Source: Azolla caroliniana (taxonomy: Eukaryota; Plantae; Polypodiophyta). From it: a stretch of 64,000 nt of DNA. The position numbers and the translations under genes were made by a program. Below are positions 31,918 through 44,497 of the stretch, piece by piece. The DNA lies in assembly GCA_043228905.1 (NCBI GenBank), contig JBHGNT010000016.1, positions 2,852,001-2,916,000 on the forward strand, read 5' to 3'. The notes beneath the pieces are model-generated. The model had not been told where the DNA came from. It was given only the letters and a program-made list of their open reading frames with translations, and did no database searches. The number at the start of each line of letters is the position of its first letter. Position 1 is the first letter of the stretch.

Positions 31918-32897
31918 AGTATAGGGAAAAGGGTAGGAGGATGAGGGAGAACGACAAGTAGGTTGGAGGACCGGAGTAAATTGGTTCAAACGGTCAGGAA
32001 TAGTACTAAAGCAGATATGGAATTAGTACTAAAGAAGAGCAGTACTATTAGTACTAAGAGGACGGGACTGCGTAAGACTCCAGAGAGAGAGAGAAAGAGA
32101 GAAGCGAAAAGAGAGATAGCGAGAATGAGAGAGAGAGAAGGATGATGACAACAACTCTTATATTATATGAAAGATAAGTACAAATCGGCTAAGAGGTTCA
32201 AGACTGGTGTTGAACCAATTTGGTTCAACATAATGCCTAGTGCCTTCTTTTATAGTGTTCTTAGGAGTAATCCTGAAACTTCTAGAATGTTCCAGAGAAA
32301 TCTGCAATATACATTACTTTCTTATAATAAAACATAAATGAAAATAATATCCTATGAATTACAATAGATGGTGTGAGGGTTAAGAGCTCGACCCATATAC
32401 CATAAGGTTATGGGTTCGAGTCTTGCCATATCATGACACACACTGGTTCTGGAGACCTTGGCAGTTCGGCAGCCGTGGCAACGTAAGACCAAGGAGAAGG
32501 TAGGTGGCGGCGAGGGGACGAAGGCGGTGGAGGTCAGGGTGGAGTGAGAATCGGTATGACGCAGAGGTTGGCGGAGGCCAAGTGGGCCATCGCGGGTGCT
32601 CCTCAAATGGAGGACACTGCATATCCGAAGGAACGAGAGGCGTGCATGCGATCAAGAGAAGGGCCAACGGGGAAGCATGCACACTACGGGATCGCTGCGA
32701 ATGACCTATCTACGGGTCGAACAAGCCTATGGCGAGGCGAATGTGAAAAAGGAACCGAAGCCGATGGTTCGGATTGGCAAGGGCAACGTAGTAGTTGGAA
32801 TGCGGATTACGGAAGACCGGTTCCTCACCGACCGGAATCTCTCACACTTCTTCGAACTTGGCACGTACTGGTGGACGTGCAGTTTGATGGGGGCAGA

Positions 32898-33634
32898 TGT
32901 CGTGAAGATTCCGGGCCATGGTGAGAAACCGGGGAATATCGGAAGAATCGGCGGAGTGCATCATGTGCACTCATCCTTGTATAAACGTGTGAATAATAGG
33001 GACAAAGAATCCCGTGTAAATCGGGATTTATCCCACATTGTAACTCATCCCTCTCCTCCTTCTATAAAAGGAAGAGATGTTCCCTTGTAAAAGGGTTGCC
33101 CATTTTGAGTTAGGAGGGTATACTGTTAGATTTAGGGTTAGGTAGTTTCTTTCTTCTTCTTCTTCATCGTGTGGGTTGAGAGTTCGTGTCTGTTTAGGGT
33201 TTGCTTCTGCTCGGTCCCCTGTGCAAGACCCTGCTCGGCGCGACGAGCCCAAGAGCTCCTCGATTGGCGGCTTGGCAGCCGATTACCGTTGCAACTTACC
33301 CTACCTTGGTCCGGCTCGAAGCCGGGGTTGTATCTCTTCCATTGTAATATATATATATATATGTTTGGTTGTGCACATCCGCGTCTCTGGTAGTGTGGGT
33401 TGTTTCCACCCCTTTTCTTTCCTGTACATAGGAGGTGTTGCGCGTGTGGTCTCTCTCTCTCTTCCTCTCTCGTGTTCGGTAGCCGCCGGTACGCGTTTGG
33501 AATTGCTCTGGTTTGCGCCACAACCAGTGCAGCCGGGACTAGAGAGAAGTCAGCTTCTCGACACCCATCTCTTCCTCGTCCGAGACCCCCATGGTCCCGC
33601 CCCTTCCTACACGTACCTGTGGAATACCGCGACA
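32898..33634 (+). repeat. 3' LTR of W-related element G
   Basis: TGTCGTGAAG..CGCGACA termini, preceded by a W-type hairpin and GGGGGCAGA PPT; followed by copia gag. Confidence 0.82.
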
Positions 33635-34582
33635 ACACGCTAAACAGAACCTCGCTAATGAGAAAAATTGTATGGTTGAAATACAGAGACAGTGAGAGCA
33701 TTGTCAAACACATCAATATATTCATGGGGTATGTGAATCAACTTGTAGCGACCAAGTTTCCCCTGGATGAAGCACACTGCCGGAAAGCTGGGAGAACCTG
33801 GTGGTTACTCTCAGCACCTCTTGTCAAGAAGAGAACTTGTCTTTGCAAACGTTGAAGACAAGCATCCTAAACGAGGAGGCAAGGAGGAAAGACAAAGGAT
33901 TCTTGTCCCAAACGGAGTCGAATCTAACTCAACATATGGACAGAGGAAGAGACCGACAAAGAAGAAGTCTGCAACGAACGGACAAATCCCACACCAGATC
34001 GAAGTCCAGAGGTAAGCCTGTGTGCTTTTATTGTGGAAAACTTGGACACTTCCAGAAGGACTGCCGACACATGAAGAAAGACAAGAGTGTCGGAAACAAT
34101 GTCGAAGCCCGGAAAATTCCGGATTAAAAGAACACTTCGGCCAGTGCTACGAGCAATGAGGAACTTCTATTCATCTGTGAATAGACAAGTGCAAATCTTG
34201 CAAGCGAAGAGTGCACTTGAGTGATTGATTCCGGCACATCCTTCCATATTACTCCGTCGAGAGAGTATTTCTCGACTTACATAGCCGGGGACCATGGTTA
34301 TGTAAAGATGGGTGATAGTGGAGAGTGCAAGATAACTTGAGTCGGAAGTGTGTGCTTAATGACGTCGATAGGGTGTCGACTAACGTTGAAGGATGTTCGA
34401 CACGTCCCCAATATCAGATTGAATTTGATATCAACTAGAAGGCTTGATGACGAAGGCTACAGTGGTAGCTTTCGGAATGGCAAGTGGAAGTTCTACCGAG
34501 GAAATCTCATAGTGGCCTGAGCACAAAAAGAAGGCACATTGTACATGATGCATGCCCAACAGAGCAAATTCGAAGTAAACGT
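33635..34582 (+). pseudogene. Copia-2 gag-protease fragment (older relative of Copia-1; basal host of the nest)
   Basis: LNRTSLMRKIV, CFYCGKLGHFQKDC, IDSG and DVRHVP align with Copia-1; stops present. Confidence 0.9.
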
Positions 34583-37500
34583 TGTCGCGTTACTACGCGC
34601 GTGCGTGGAGAAACGAGACGGGACCACCGGGGTCTTGAACCAAAGAGCAGGTGATAGAAGGGGAAAGAGAAAGAGAGAGACACTTGGTTACGTATGAGCA
34701 AAGAAACACAGGGACACGGCCTTGTCAACGCAGAAGACACGAATGGACACAGAGATAGAAAGACACGAATGTTTGTATATTAATGAATGACAAATAAACA
34801 ACAGAGCACGCGAGCGGTTACAACCGATCAGGCCGGCGAACAGATGCCGATGCCTGCTCGTCTGCGCACGAAAGGGGATAGGATGGAGGTGCTGCCGGAA
34901 GCACACAGGCGTTCCTCGAAGCAGCGCAAGCCTCCCGAAAACCTGCAGAGAAGAGCGATGGAGAACGAACAGAGGAGAAGCGTTCGGTTTCGGTCCGACA
35001 GCACTTAGTTCTCCTCTAAAAATAATAATCCTCTCTCCCCGCGTCTCCCTCTCTTTTATAGCTTCAAGAAGGGAGCCGTTTCCCTCATTAACTTCCTACC
35101 TATCGAATCTAACTACCTAGGATATACCTTTGTACCTAATTCTCTATTATATACATCAAAGGGCGCCCACGCGTGAAGATCCGGTTCACGCGCGCTATGC
35201 ACCGATTATGCTAAGGGACGGTTTTCTTCACGACATCTGCCCCAACCTAACCGCGCATCCACCGGTATGCGCCAAAATTGGGTTCTGGTTGGAGAAAACC
35301 GGTCCGGGTTCCGGTTCCTCGTCCATCGGTTCGTCCTCCATTTCGGACTGTTCGTCGTCGCTGTCTGGGCCTCTTAGATCCGGTTCGCCGTCGTGGCGCT
35401 TCTTGAACGCTTTGATCCGCTTCCCTGCTACCGGTATTGCCATCCTCGTACCGTCGAGTTCCGCCAGGTGATACGTCCCGTTGTCGTTGGCGCTCGTTAC
35501 CACGTAAGGCCTGAACCACCGCTTTGCAAACTTCCGTGTTGCCCGGTGCTGGTTGTCGAGGCTGCTGTTGTAGACTAGCACCTAGTCGCCTTCCTCGATC
35601 TTCTTTGGTCTGAGCCGGTGCGTCCGGTCGAACTGGGCTTTGTTCCTCATCCTCGCCGTCCGAAGTCTCTCCCCCGCTCGTTCCACGTCCTCTGGCCTCT
35701 GCTTGAGCTGTCGTATACGCGCCGCTAGCAGTTCTTCCCGGCTCATCTCGTCTCTCCAATCCACTGTCGCCCAAGAGGAGATCGTCTGTTCCATCGGCAT
35801 GATCGGCTTCTATCCGAACATGAGCTCTGAAGGCATGAACCCGGTTATCGAACTGTGCGTTGTCCGGTCTGCCCACAAGGCATAACGTAACAGTCGTGGT
35901 CAGTTCCCGACCTGGCCTCCGCACGCCTGGACTAGCGCTTTGACGATCGGTCCGTGTCTGCGCTCCACCTTCCCGTTCGCCTCCGGATTGTACGCTGTGG
36001 TGAGCGAGAGCTTGACCCCTAACCGGTCAAACAGCTCCTCGGCCTCTTCAGCGTCCAACTCCTCGCGATCAGCCACGATCTTCCCGACGCACCCGTACCG
36101 GCATATCACGTCCTCGATCAGGAACCAACACACATCCGCGGTCGTTTTGTTCTGCAGGGCTCGGCCTTCCACCTGGTTCGTCAGGTCCTCTCGGGCCAGC
36201 ACCAGATATCGCATCTGCCTTATGCCCATCGGCATCGTCACCAAATCTACCATCCATTTGAAGTGGATGGTCGGAGGGTATGTAGGGTGAAGCTCGTCCC
36301 GATGTCGGACTATGGAGTGTATCTGGCAGCTCTCACAAGTTGTCACGAACCGATGCACGTCCCGGTACAGTCCCGACCACCAGTATTTCCCCTTTAGTTT
36401 CTCGAACGTGGCCCACGTCCCACGGTGTCCAGCCCAGGGATTGTCGTGGTAGGCCTTCAACAACCCCTCCTGTTCCTCCTCCATCGCCACCACTCGGAGC
36501 GGGATGCCGTTCCTCTTCTTCGGGTGCTTCCACAAGTATCCATCCCGGAGAAAGAATCGGTACGCTTTCTTCCGATATCCGGTTGGCCTCGTCCTTTGTC
36601 CATGACGCGTCTCGCGTCATCGTCCTTAAGAATCCCCCAATCTACAGCCACTCCCCGTCGTACTTGCTCTCGTTGAAATCGTTAAGCGCCGGAGTGCTCC
36701 CCCCCTCGGTTGTCATGTAAGCCGCCTCGAAGAAGTCCATGCCGACTTCCTCGTCCTCCGAAACCATGCCGCCCTCGTCGTCAAATCGCGCCCTCGAAAG
36801 CATGTTGGCCATGGTATTGTCTTTCCCGGAAATGTGTCGTATTTCCGGATCCAAGGACTTGATGTACGCTATCCACCTAAGCATTGCCAGGTCCGGGGTT
36901 GCGCATCCGGAAACCATGCCGAGAATCGGCAGGCAATCCGTCTCGATAATCACCTCTGTCCCGATCAGATAGTCTTTATCGGCCTTCACCGCCGAAACGA
37001 TACCCCAGAGTTTGCGTTTAACCTGGGCGTATCCTCGTTATTGCCCGCTGAGGACCTTTGCGCCGAACCGGATTTGGAACCGAATGCCATCCTCGTCTTC
37101 TTGGTTGACGACCCATCCGATCCTAGTCGGACTTGTATCTACCATTATGTAGATGGGGGTGCCTTTCTCGTAGACAGCCTTCCGGAGTGCCGGAGCTGCA
37201 GCAAGAGCCTCCTTCATGTTTCAGACCGACTCCGTATGCTCGTCTCGCCACTCGAATCTTTGCCCCTTTTTCAGCAACCCGTATAGCGGCTCGGAAACGT
37301 GGGCATAATGCGGGATCCATATGTGGTAGAACGCGCATGCTCCCAAGAACCTCCGTACCTCCGTGACCGAGTTACAGTCGGGCTTCATTGCGGAGATGGC
37401 TTCCACCTTAGCCGGAGACAGTTTCCGGCCATACGGTCTGCATAGATGTCCGACGACCATGATCTTTGATTGCCCGAAGGCCGATTTCTCCCCGGAGAAG

Positions 37501-39028
37501 GTGAGCCTCGCGTCCTCTAGCCTCTGCAACACCCTCTCGCAGTCGTCAATGTGTGTCGCCACGAATTTCTGGCATCCGTCCGGTCTGATCGTGATGTCGT
37601 CCAAGAATGGCATGGTGATGTCCGGGATACAATCCCTCAGGACCTTGTTCATCGCATTCACCATGTGGGCCACCGAGTTGGTCCCTCCTTGTGGCAGGGT
37701 ACACATCCGCACTAGGCCGAGAGGAGTCCGCATTGTCGTAATGTCTCTGCTCTCCATGGCTAGTTGGAACTAATCGTACCCCGAGTACAGATCACCGGCC
37801 GAGTAGATCGACCTTCCGGCGAAGGCCTCCGCGAACTTGTCTATCGTTGGTCCGATTCCTGCATTCCGAATGGTCACTCTGTTGACCGGTTGCAGGTCTT
37901 GAATGAAGCGCAACGTCCCGTTCTTCTTCGGTACGGTAAACCACCGGTTCGAGTACGGGGCACTCGACGGTTCGAGGATGCCCATATCGACTTTCTGCCT
38001 CAACAACTCCATCAGCTCCGGGATGTGAGCTCTCGGTACCGGAATTGGTTTGAGATTCCACGGCACATGCGGTACCATGAATATCACCATCGGCTTCACG
38101 ACTGTCGGGTCTACGCACCCGATCTCTTCTGGTGAGAATGCGAAGGCTTTCCCGTGCCTTCCGAGCATTCTTCGAAACCGGTCTTCTTCCGCCGGTAGTA
38201 GGAACCTGCCCCCGCCGATTTTGAGCTCCCATAGCGTTCTGTCGGTGAAGGTGTGTCCTATGCAGGCCGGATCTCATAAATTGGGGTCCGACGCGACCCC
38301 CTTGATTCACAACTCGCTGCCCTCCGGTAAGGGTGCCGCGACTGGCCTTACCTTCCGGTCGACAGTTTTGAACTTCGTGTTAACCCGGTGTCGTGAAGAA
38401 AACCGTCCACAAGCGGAATCGGTGCACCAGAGCGTAGGAACCGGTTCTTCATGCACGTGCGCCTTATGTTGTACATAGGAGATCCTAGGCGGGCAGATTC
38501 GGTAGGTAGGAAGTAAAGGGGAAACGGCTCCTTCCTAGCCTATAAAAGGAGGGAGACGAGGAGGAGAAAAGGGATCGCGGAGAGTCGAGGACGGAGTGCT
38601 GTCGGTTTGGGTGCGAAGGCTTCTCTCTCTCTCTCTGGTTCGCAAACTCCAGAGCTTCCTCCTGTGCAGGTTTCGGGAGGCTCGCGCTGCTCTTAGGAAT
38701 GCCCGAGTGCTTCCGGCAGCACCTCCAACCTACTCCATCATCTCTGTGCGTTTACGAACAGGTATCGGCATCTGTTCGCCGGCCTGTTCGGTTGTAACCG
38801 ATTTCGTGTTCGTTGTTTGTCTCTGTTAATACATACATACATTCGTGTCTCTCTGTGTCGTTGTCCCACTCGCTTCTTTGTGTCGAAGGGCCGTGTCCCT
38901 GTGAATCTACTCTGGCACGTAGTGGGTCTCCTCTCCTTTCTCTCTTGCTCTTTGGTACAGGACCCCCGAGGTCTCGCCTCATTCCACGCATCCGCGAGGA
39001 ATACCTCGACATATTTGGTGAACCCGAC

Positions 39029-41160
39029 ATGAAGGAGGCGGCAGAAGAGAAGAAGATGAAAGGGTCGGATCTTGCGGAGGCCATGGCTTCGGCCGTGGAT
39101 CGGATATTGAGCGCACGCGAGGGCTCCAGTGCCCTCGATAGAGCCATTGAGGCGGTCGTCGGTACGATCGGCCGGTTTAGCGGAAAGGATGCCACGAAGT
39201 ATTTGGCGTCCTACGGGGAAGAAATGCTGATGCGGGACATTCCGGAAGAGAGGCATCTTACCGGGTTTCCTCGAGTGGCGATGCCGAGCATCCATGCGGA
39301 GGTGCTCGAGGTGCGGGCGGAGAGCCGTACCTGGGAGGAGTTCGAAGGCCGACTCCTAGAAATATACGGGCTGGACGACGCGCTCCGGCTTTCGAAACGG
39401 GACTTCATGGAATGGGTGGAGGCCCCCGGCAAGGGAAGAAACGCGACGGCACTCCTCCGGGAGTTCGAAGGACGCTTTGTGCGCCTTTCGACGCTTGACC
39501 GAACCGTTCTGGATACGAGCTGGGTCCTACTGTTCGTCAAGTCGGTGGACGAGCGGGACTGGGACCAAGTCGGCTCCTTGCTGGAAACCGAGGACGGGCT
39601 GACAACCGACTGGGCAGAGGTTAAGAGAGTCTGTGGCCGTTTCGACAAACGGCGAGAATGGGCTGACAACGGGGCGCCCGGAGGCTTGAACCGGCGCCGC
39701 AAGTGCGAAGGGAAGAAACCCGGGAATGGCTCGAAACCGGTCAGGCTTCGACCGGCATGGTCAATGGCTCGTCCGGAGGAGCAGCGTTGGAGGAGTTGAC
39801 GCGGGCGATAAAGGATCTCCAGATCGCCCGGACTCGAAGGGAAGGCGGCGAACCGGCTCGTGACCGACGACCGGTAGTGGGGAACAGGTGCATGTGGTGC
39901 GACAAGGTCGGCCACATTCGGAAGGACTGCGACGATTTCGCAGAGGCGTTGAGAAACAGGGTGGTGTACCTGTGGGAAGGCCGGGTGCACGCTGGCGACA
40001 TCAGGAGGGCCCTGAACCGAAACGACGGGCGAGGAGGTATGAAGAGACTGATGGAAGAGGCAGCGGCCCGACACGTGGAGGCCATCCACTACTCGGCGTC
40101 GGCCGGTATTCGGGTCGGGGGCAACGAGGCCCGAAAGGAGAGCAAAGACGGTTTCTGGTCGGCAATGCTGGAAGGCCTCGCCGGCGCACAACTGAGGAAA
40201 GATGAAACGGACCGCGCTGAGAGACGGGTCCGGGAAATAACCGGGTGGAGCGATCCGGTCGAGGAGAAGACGGGCTTCGTAGAAGCCGCCTGTTGGAACT
40301 ACGAGGCTCTGGTAGAAGAAAAGCGAGTGGGGAGAGACGGAGCAGCCGGGCCCTCACAACGGTACGAGACCCGATCCGGGCAACGACGGAACGATGCCGA
40401 TGGGTCCGGCTCGCGAGATAACCCCAGGAAGGGCGGGTACCGATTGGGGACGGAAATAGAAAGGACTACGGACCTACGAAAGGTCCTAGAAGAACGGATC
40501 CTCGGCAGCAAAGTGGAGCTGTCATTACGGGAGGTGCTAGGGATCTCCAAGAAGGAGTTCCACGACTCCATTGTAGACTTGGTGAAACGGAAGAGACTGT
40601 CGACGGAGACGGAACCGGAAAGACCGGTGGAGGTGCGGACGACGCACATCAACGACTCAGCGCCGGAAGATGAGTGGGCGGAGATCCACTATTCGAGGCC
40701 ACACTGGGCCCGAGCAACCATGGAGACCCCAGTAAAGATCGGAGATGTTCAGGAACCGGTGGTGGCGTTGGTGGACCACGGTTTGGAAATAAACCTAATG
40801 TCCATGGACTTCTATAAGAAGGGAAAGTGGCCGATCAACACCAGGCACGGGTGGAAGATACGGGCGGCAACGCGCGCCACTGAGGAACTTCACGGGGCCT
40901 GCCCGAATGTGCGAGTAAAGATCGGCGACATCGAGATTGACCAGCACTTCTTCGTACAGGAGACGTCCTCGCATCCGGTCATATTAGGGGAACCATACAT
41001 CACGGCGGCGAGAATGCAGACCAAGGTGCTGGACAATGGTTCGGCCTATGCGAGGGTCAAAAGCCAGGACGGGCGCCATTCGGTGCAATTTCTGACGGTG
41101 CGGCCGAACCACGAGAGAAACCACGAATCCCTCGGTGGCGAGAGCCGGGAGGATTTTTAG
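39029..41160 (+). pseudogene. gag: W-F gag-protease with a frameshifting deletion at ~39680
   Basis: Two ORF halves align with W-B Gag-PR. Confidence 0.9.
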
Positions 41161-44100
41161 AGAGGGCTGCCAAGGCGTGGGGCCGAGAAAAGACAAGGGT
41201 GGAAGTGCGACTTCGAGCGTGCGGAGTTCTCGGCCTGGACGAGGAAATCAGCGGAGTCGTGGAGGCGGTCTCCTTCGACGACACCTTGGGAATGCTGAGG
41301 AAGGTAGCCGGAGAAGACCTTAACGAAGACCGGACGATACCGGTATATTCCGAAGAGATGTACGAAGTCATCGCGAACTTCAGTCGGGGGCTCGGGTCGG
41401 ATTGGACGGCCCGAGTTAGCACGAGGTACAAGACGGTGGACCGGAAGGTAAGGCCAGTCGTGGCACCCTTGCCGAAGGGCAGCGAGTCCCGAATTAGAGG
41501 GGTGGCGTCGGACCCCAGTTTACGAGATCCGGCCTGCATAGGACACACCTTCACCGACGGAACGCTCCGGGAGCTCAAAATCGGTGGGGGCGGGTTCCTA
41601 CTGCCGGCGGAGGAAGACCGGTTTCGGAGAATGCTCGGAAGGCACGGGAAAGCCTTTGCATTCTCACCGGAAGAGATCGGGTGCGTAGACCCGACGATCG
41701 TGGAGCCGATGGTGATATTCACGGTACCGCATGTACCGTGGAATCTCAAGCCGATTCCAGTACCGAGAGCTCACATCCCGAAGTTGATGGAGCTATTGAG
41801 GCAGAAAGTCGATATGGGTATTCTCGAACCGTCGAGCGCGCCATACTCGAACCGATGGTTTACCGTACCAAAGAAAAACGGAACATTGTGCTTCATTCAG
41901 GACCTGCAGCCGGTCAACAGAGTGACCATCCGGAACGCAGGAATCGGACCGACCATAGACGAGTTCGCGGAGGCCTTCGCCGGAAGGTCGATTTACTCAG
42001 TCGGTGATCTGTACTCGGGGTACGACCAGTTCCAGCTAGCCGTGGAGAGCAGAGACATTACGACGATGCGAACTCCCCTCGGCCTAGTGCGAATGTGTAC
42101 CCTGCCACAAGGAGGGACCAACTCGGTGGCCCACATGGTGAATGCAATGAACAAAGTACTGAGGGATTGCATCCCGGACATCACCATGCCGTTTCTAGAC
42201 GACATCCCCATCAAGGGGTGCCCGGTGGAAGAGAAGGATGAGACACTCGGGCCGGACGGATGCCGGCGATTCGTAGCAACACACATCGACGACTGCGAGA
42301 AGGTGCTACAAAGGCTAGAGGATGCGAGGCTCACCTTCTCCGGGGAGAAATCGGCCTTCGGGCAATCAGAAATCCTGGTGGTTGGGCATCTATGTGGACC
42401 ATATGGCCGGAAGCCGTCTCTGGCAAAGACCGACTGTAGCTCGGTTACGGAAGTTCGGAGGTTCCTGGGGGCATGCGCGTTCTACCACATATGGATCCTG
42501 CATTACGCCCACGTTGTGGAGCCACTATACGGGTTGCTAAAGAAGGGGCAAAGATTCGAGTGGCGAGACGAGCACACGAAGTCGGTCCGGAAGCTGAAGG
42601 AAGCTCTTGCGGCAGCACCGGCGCTCCGGAAGGCTGTCTACGAGAAGGGTACCCCGGTATACATAACGGTGGATACGAGCCCGACCGGGATCGGATGGGT
42701 CGTCAACCAAGAAGACGAGGACGGCACCCGGTTCCCGGTCCGATTCGGCGCTAAGGTCCTCAGTGAGCGACAGCGAGGGTACGCCCAGGTTAAACGCGAA
42801 CTCTGGGATATCGTTTCAGCAGTAAAGGCGGACAAAGACTACCTGATCGGGATAGAAGTGATTATCGAGACGGATTGCCTGCCGATTCTCGGCATGGTTT
42901 CCGGATGCGCGACACCGGACCTGGCAATGCTCAGGTGGATAGCGTACATCAAGTCCCTGGACCCGGAGTACAACACATTTCCGGAAAGGACAACGCCATG
43001 GCCGACATGCTTTCGAGGGCGAGGTTTGATGACGAGGGCGGCATGGTTTCGGAGGACGAAGAAGTCGGCGTGGACTTCTTCGAGGCGGCGTACGTGACGA
43101 CCGATGGGACGAGCACTCCGGCACTTAACGACTTCGACGAGAGCAAGTACGACGACGAGTGGCTCCAGATCGGTGGATTCTTGAGGACAATGACGCCGGA
43201 TGCGTCATGGACGAAGGACGAGGCCAACCGGATCCGGAAGAAAGCTTACCGATTCTTTCTCCGGGACGGATACTTATGGAAGCACCCGAAGAAGAGGGAC
43301 GGCGCTCCGCTCCGGGTGGTGGCGATGAAGGAAGAACAGGAGGAGCTGCTGACGGCCTACCACGACAGCCCTTGGGCCGGACACCGTGGAACCTGGGCCA
43401 CGTTCGAGAAGATAAAGGGGAAGTACTGGTGGCCGGGACTGTACCGGGACGTGCATCGATTCGTGACAACTTGTGAGAGCTGTCAGATGCACTCCATAGT
43501 CCGACACCGGGAAGAACTTCACCCTACGTACCCTCCGACCATCCACTTCAAATGGATGGTAGACCTGGTAACGATGCCGATAGGAGTAGGACAGATGCGG
43601 TATCTGGTCCTGGCTCGGGAAGATCTGACGAACCAGGTGGAAGGCCGGGCCCTTCAGAACAAAACGACTGCAGCCGTATGTCGGTTCCTGCTCGAGGACG
43701 TAATATGCCGGTACGGGTGCGTCGGGAAGATCGTGGCTGATCGCGGGGAGTTGGACGCCGAAGAGGCCGAGGAGCTGTTCGACCGGTTAGGGGTCAAGCT
43801 CTCGCTTACCACTGCGTACAATCCAGAGGCAAATGGGAAGGTGGAGCGCGGACACGGACCGATCGTCAAGGCGTTAGTTCGGGCATGCAGAGGTCAAGTC
43901 GGGAACTGGCCGCGGCTACTGCCTTACGTGTTGTGGGCTGACCGGACTACGCACAGTTCGGTAACCGGATTCATGCCGGCAGAGCTCATGTTTGGGCAGA
44001 AGCCGATCATGCTGATCGAACGTACGATCTCCTCATGGGCAACCGTGGACTGGAGAGACGAGATGAGCCGAGAGGAACTGTTGACGGCGCGTATACGATA

Positions 44101-44497
44101 GCTCGAGCGGAGACCGGAGGACGTGGAGCAGGCTGCGGAAAAGCTTCGGGTGGCCAGGACGAGGAACAAAGCCCGGTTGGACCAGACGCACCGGCTCCGA
44201 CCGAAGAAGATCGAGGAAGGCGACTGGGTGCTAGTCTACGACAGCAGCCTCGACAACCAGCACCGAGTGACACGGAAATTCGCAAGAAGGTGGTTCGGGC
44301 CTTACGTGGTACAAAGCGCCAATGACAACGGGACGTACCAGCTGGCGGAACTCGACGGCTCGAGAATGGCGGTACCGGTAGCTGGGAAGCGGATCAAAAC
44401 GTTCAAGAAGCGTCACGACGACGAGCCGGATCTGGATAGCTTGGATCGGGATGACGGACGATCCAAAACCGAAGAAGAACCGACGAGTGGGGAATAA
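41151..44497 (+). pseudogene. pol: W-F pol (frameshift at ~42970, stop at 44099-44101)
   Basis: ORFs 41199-43097, 42875-44101 and 44123-44497 align with W-B Pol. Confidence 0.9.

Larger units (their letters stand above)
26080..32438 (-). mobile_element. Degenerate Tcn1-like chromovirus E with a W solo LTR in its gag
   Basis: CACAC TSD; LTRs 26080-26504 and 31992-32438; gag and pol broken by many stops. Confidence 0.93.

Noticed and set aside
41185-41190. Intron loss explaining the 126-nt deletion in F
   Set aside because: No GT..AG boundaries; flanked by GGCCG microhomology.
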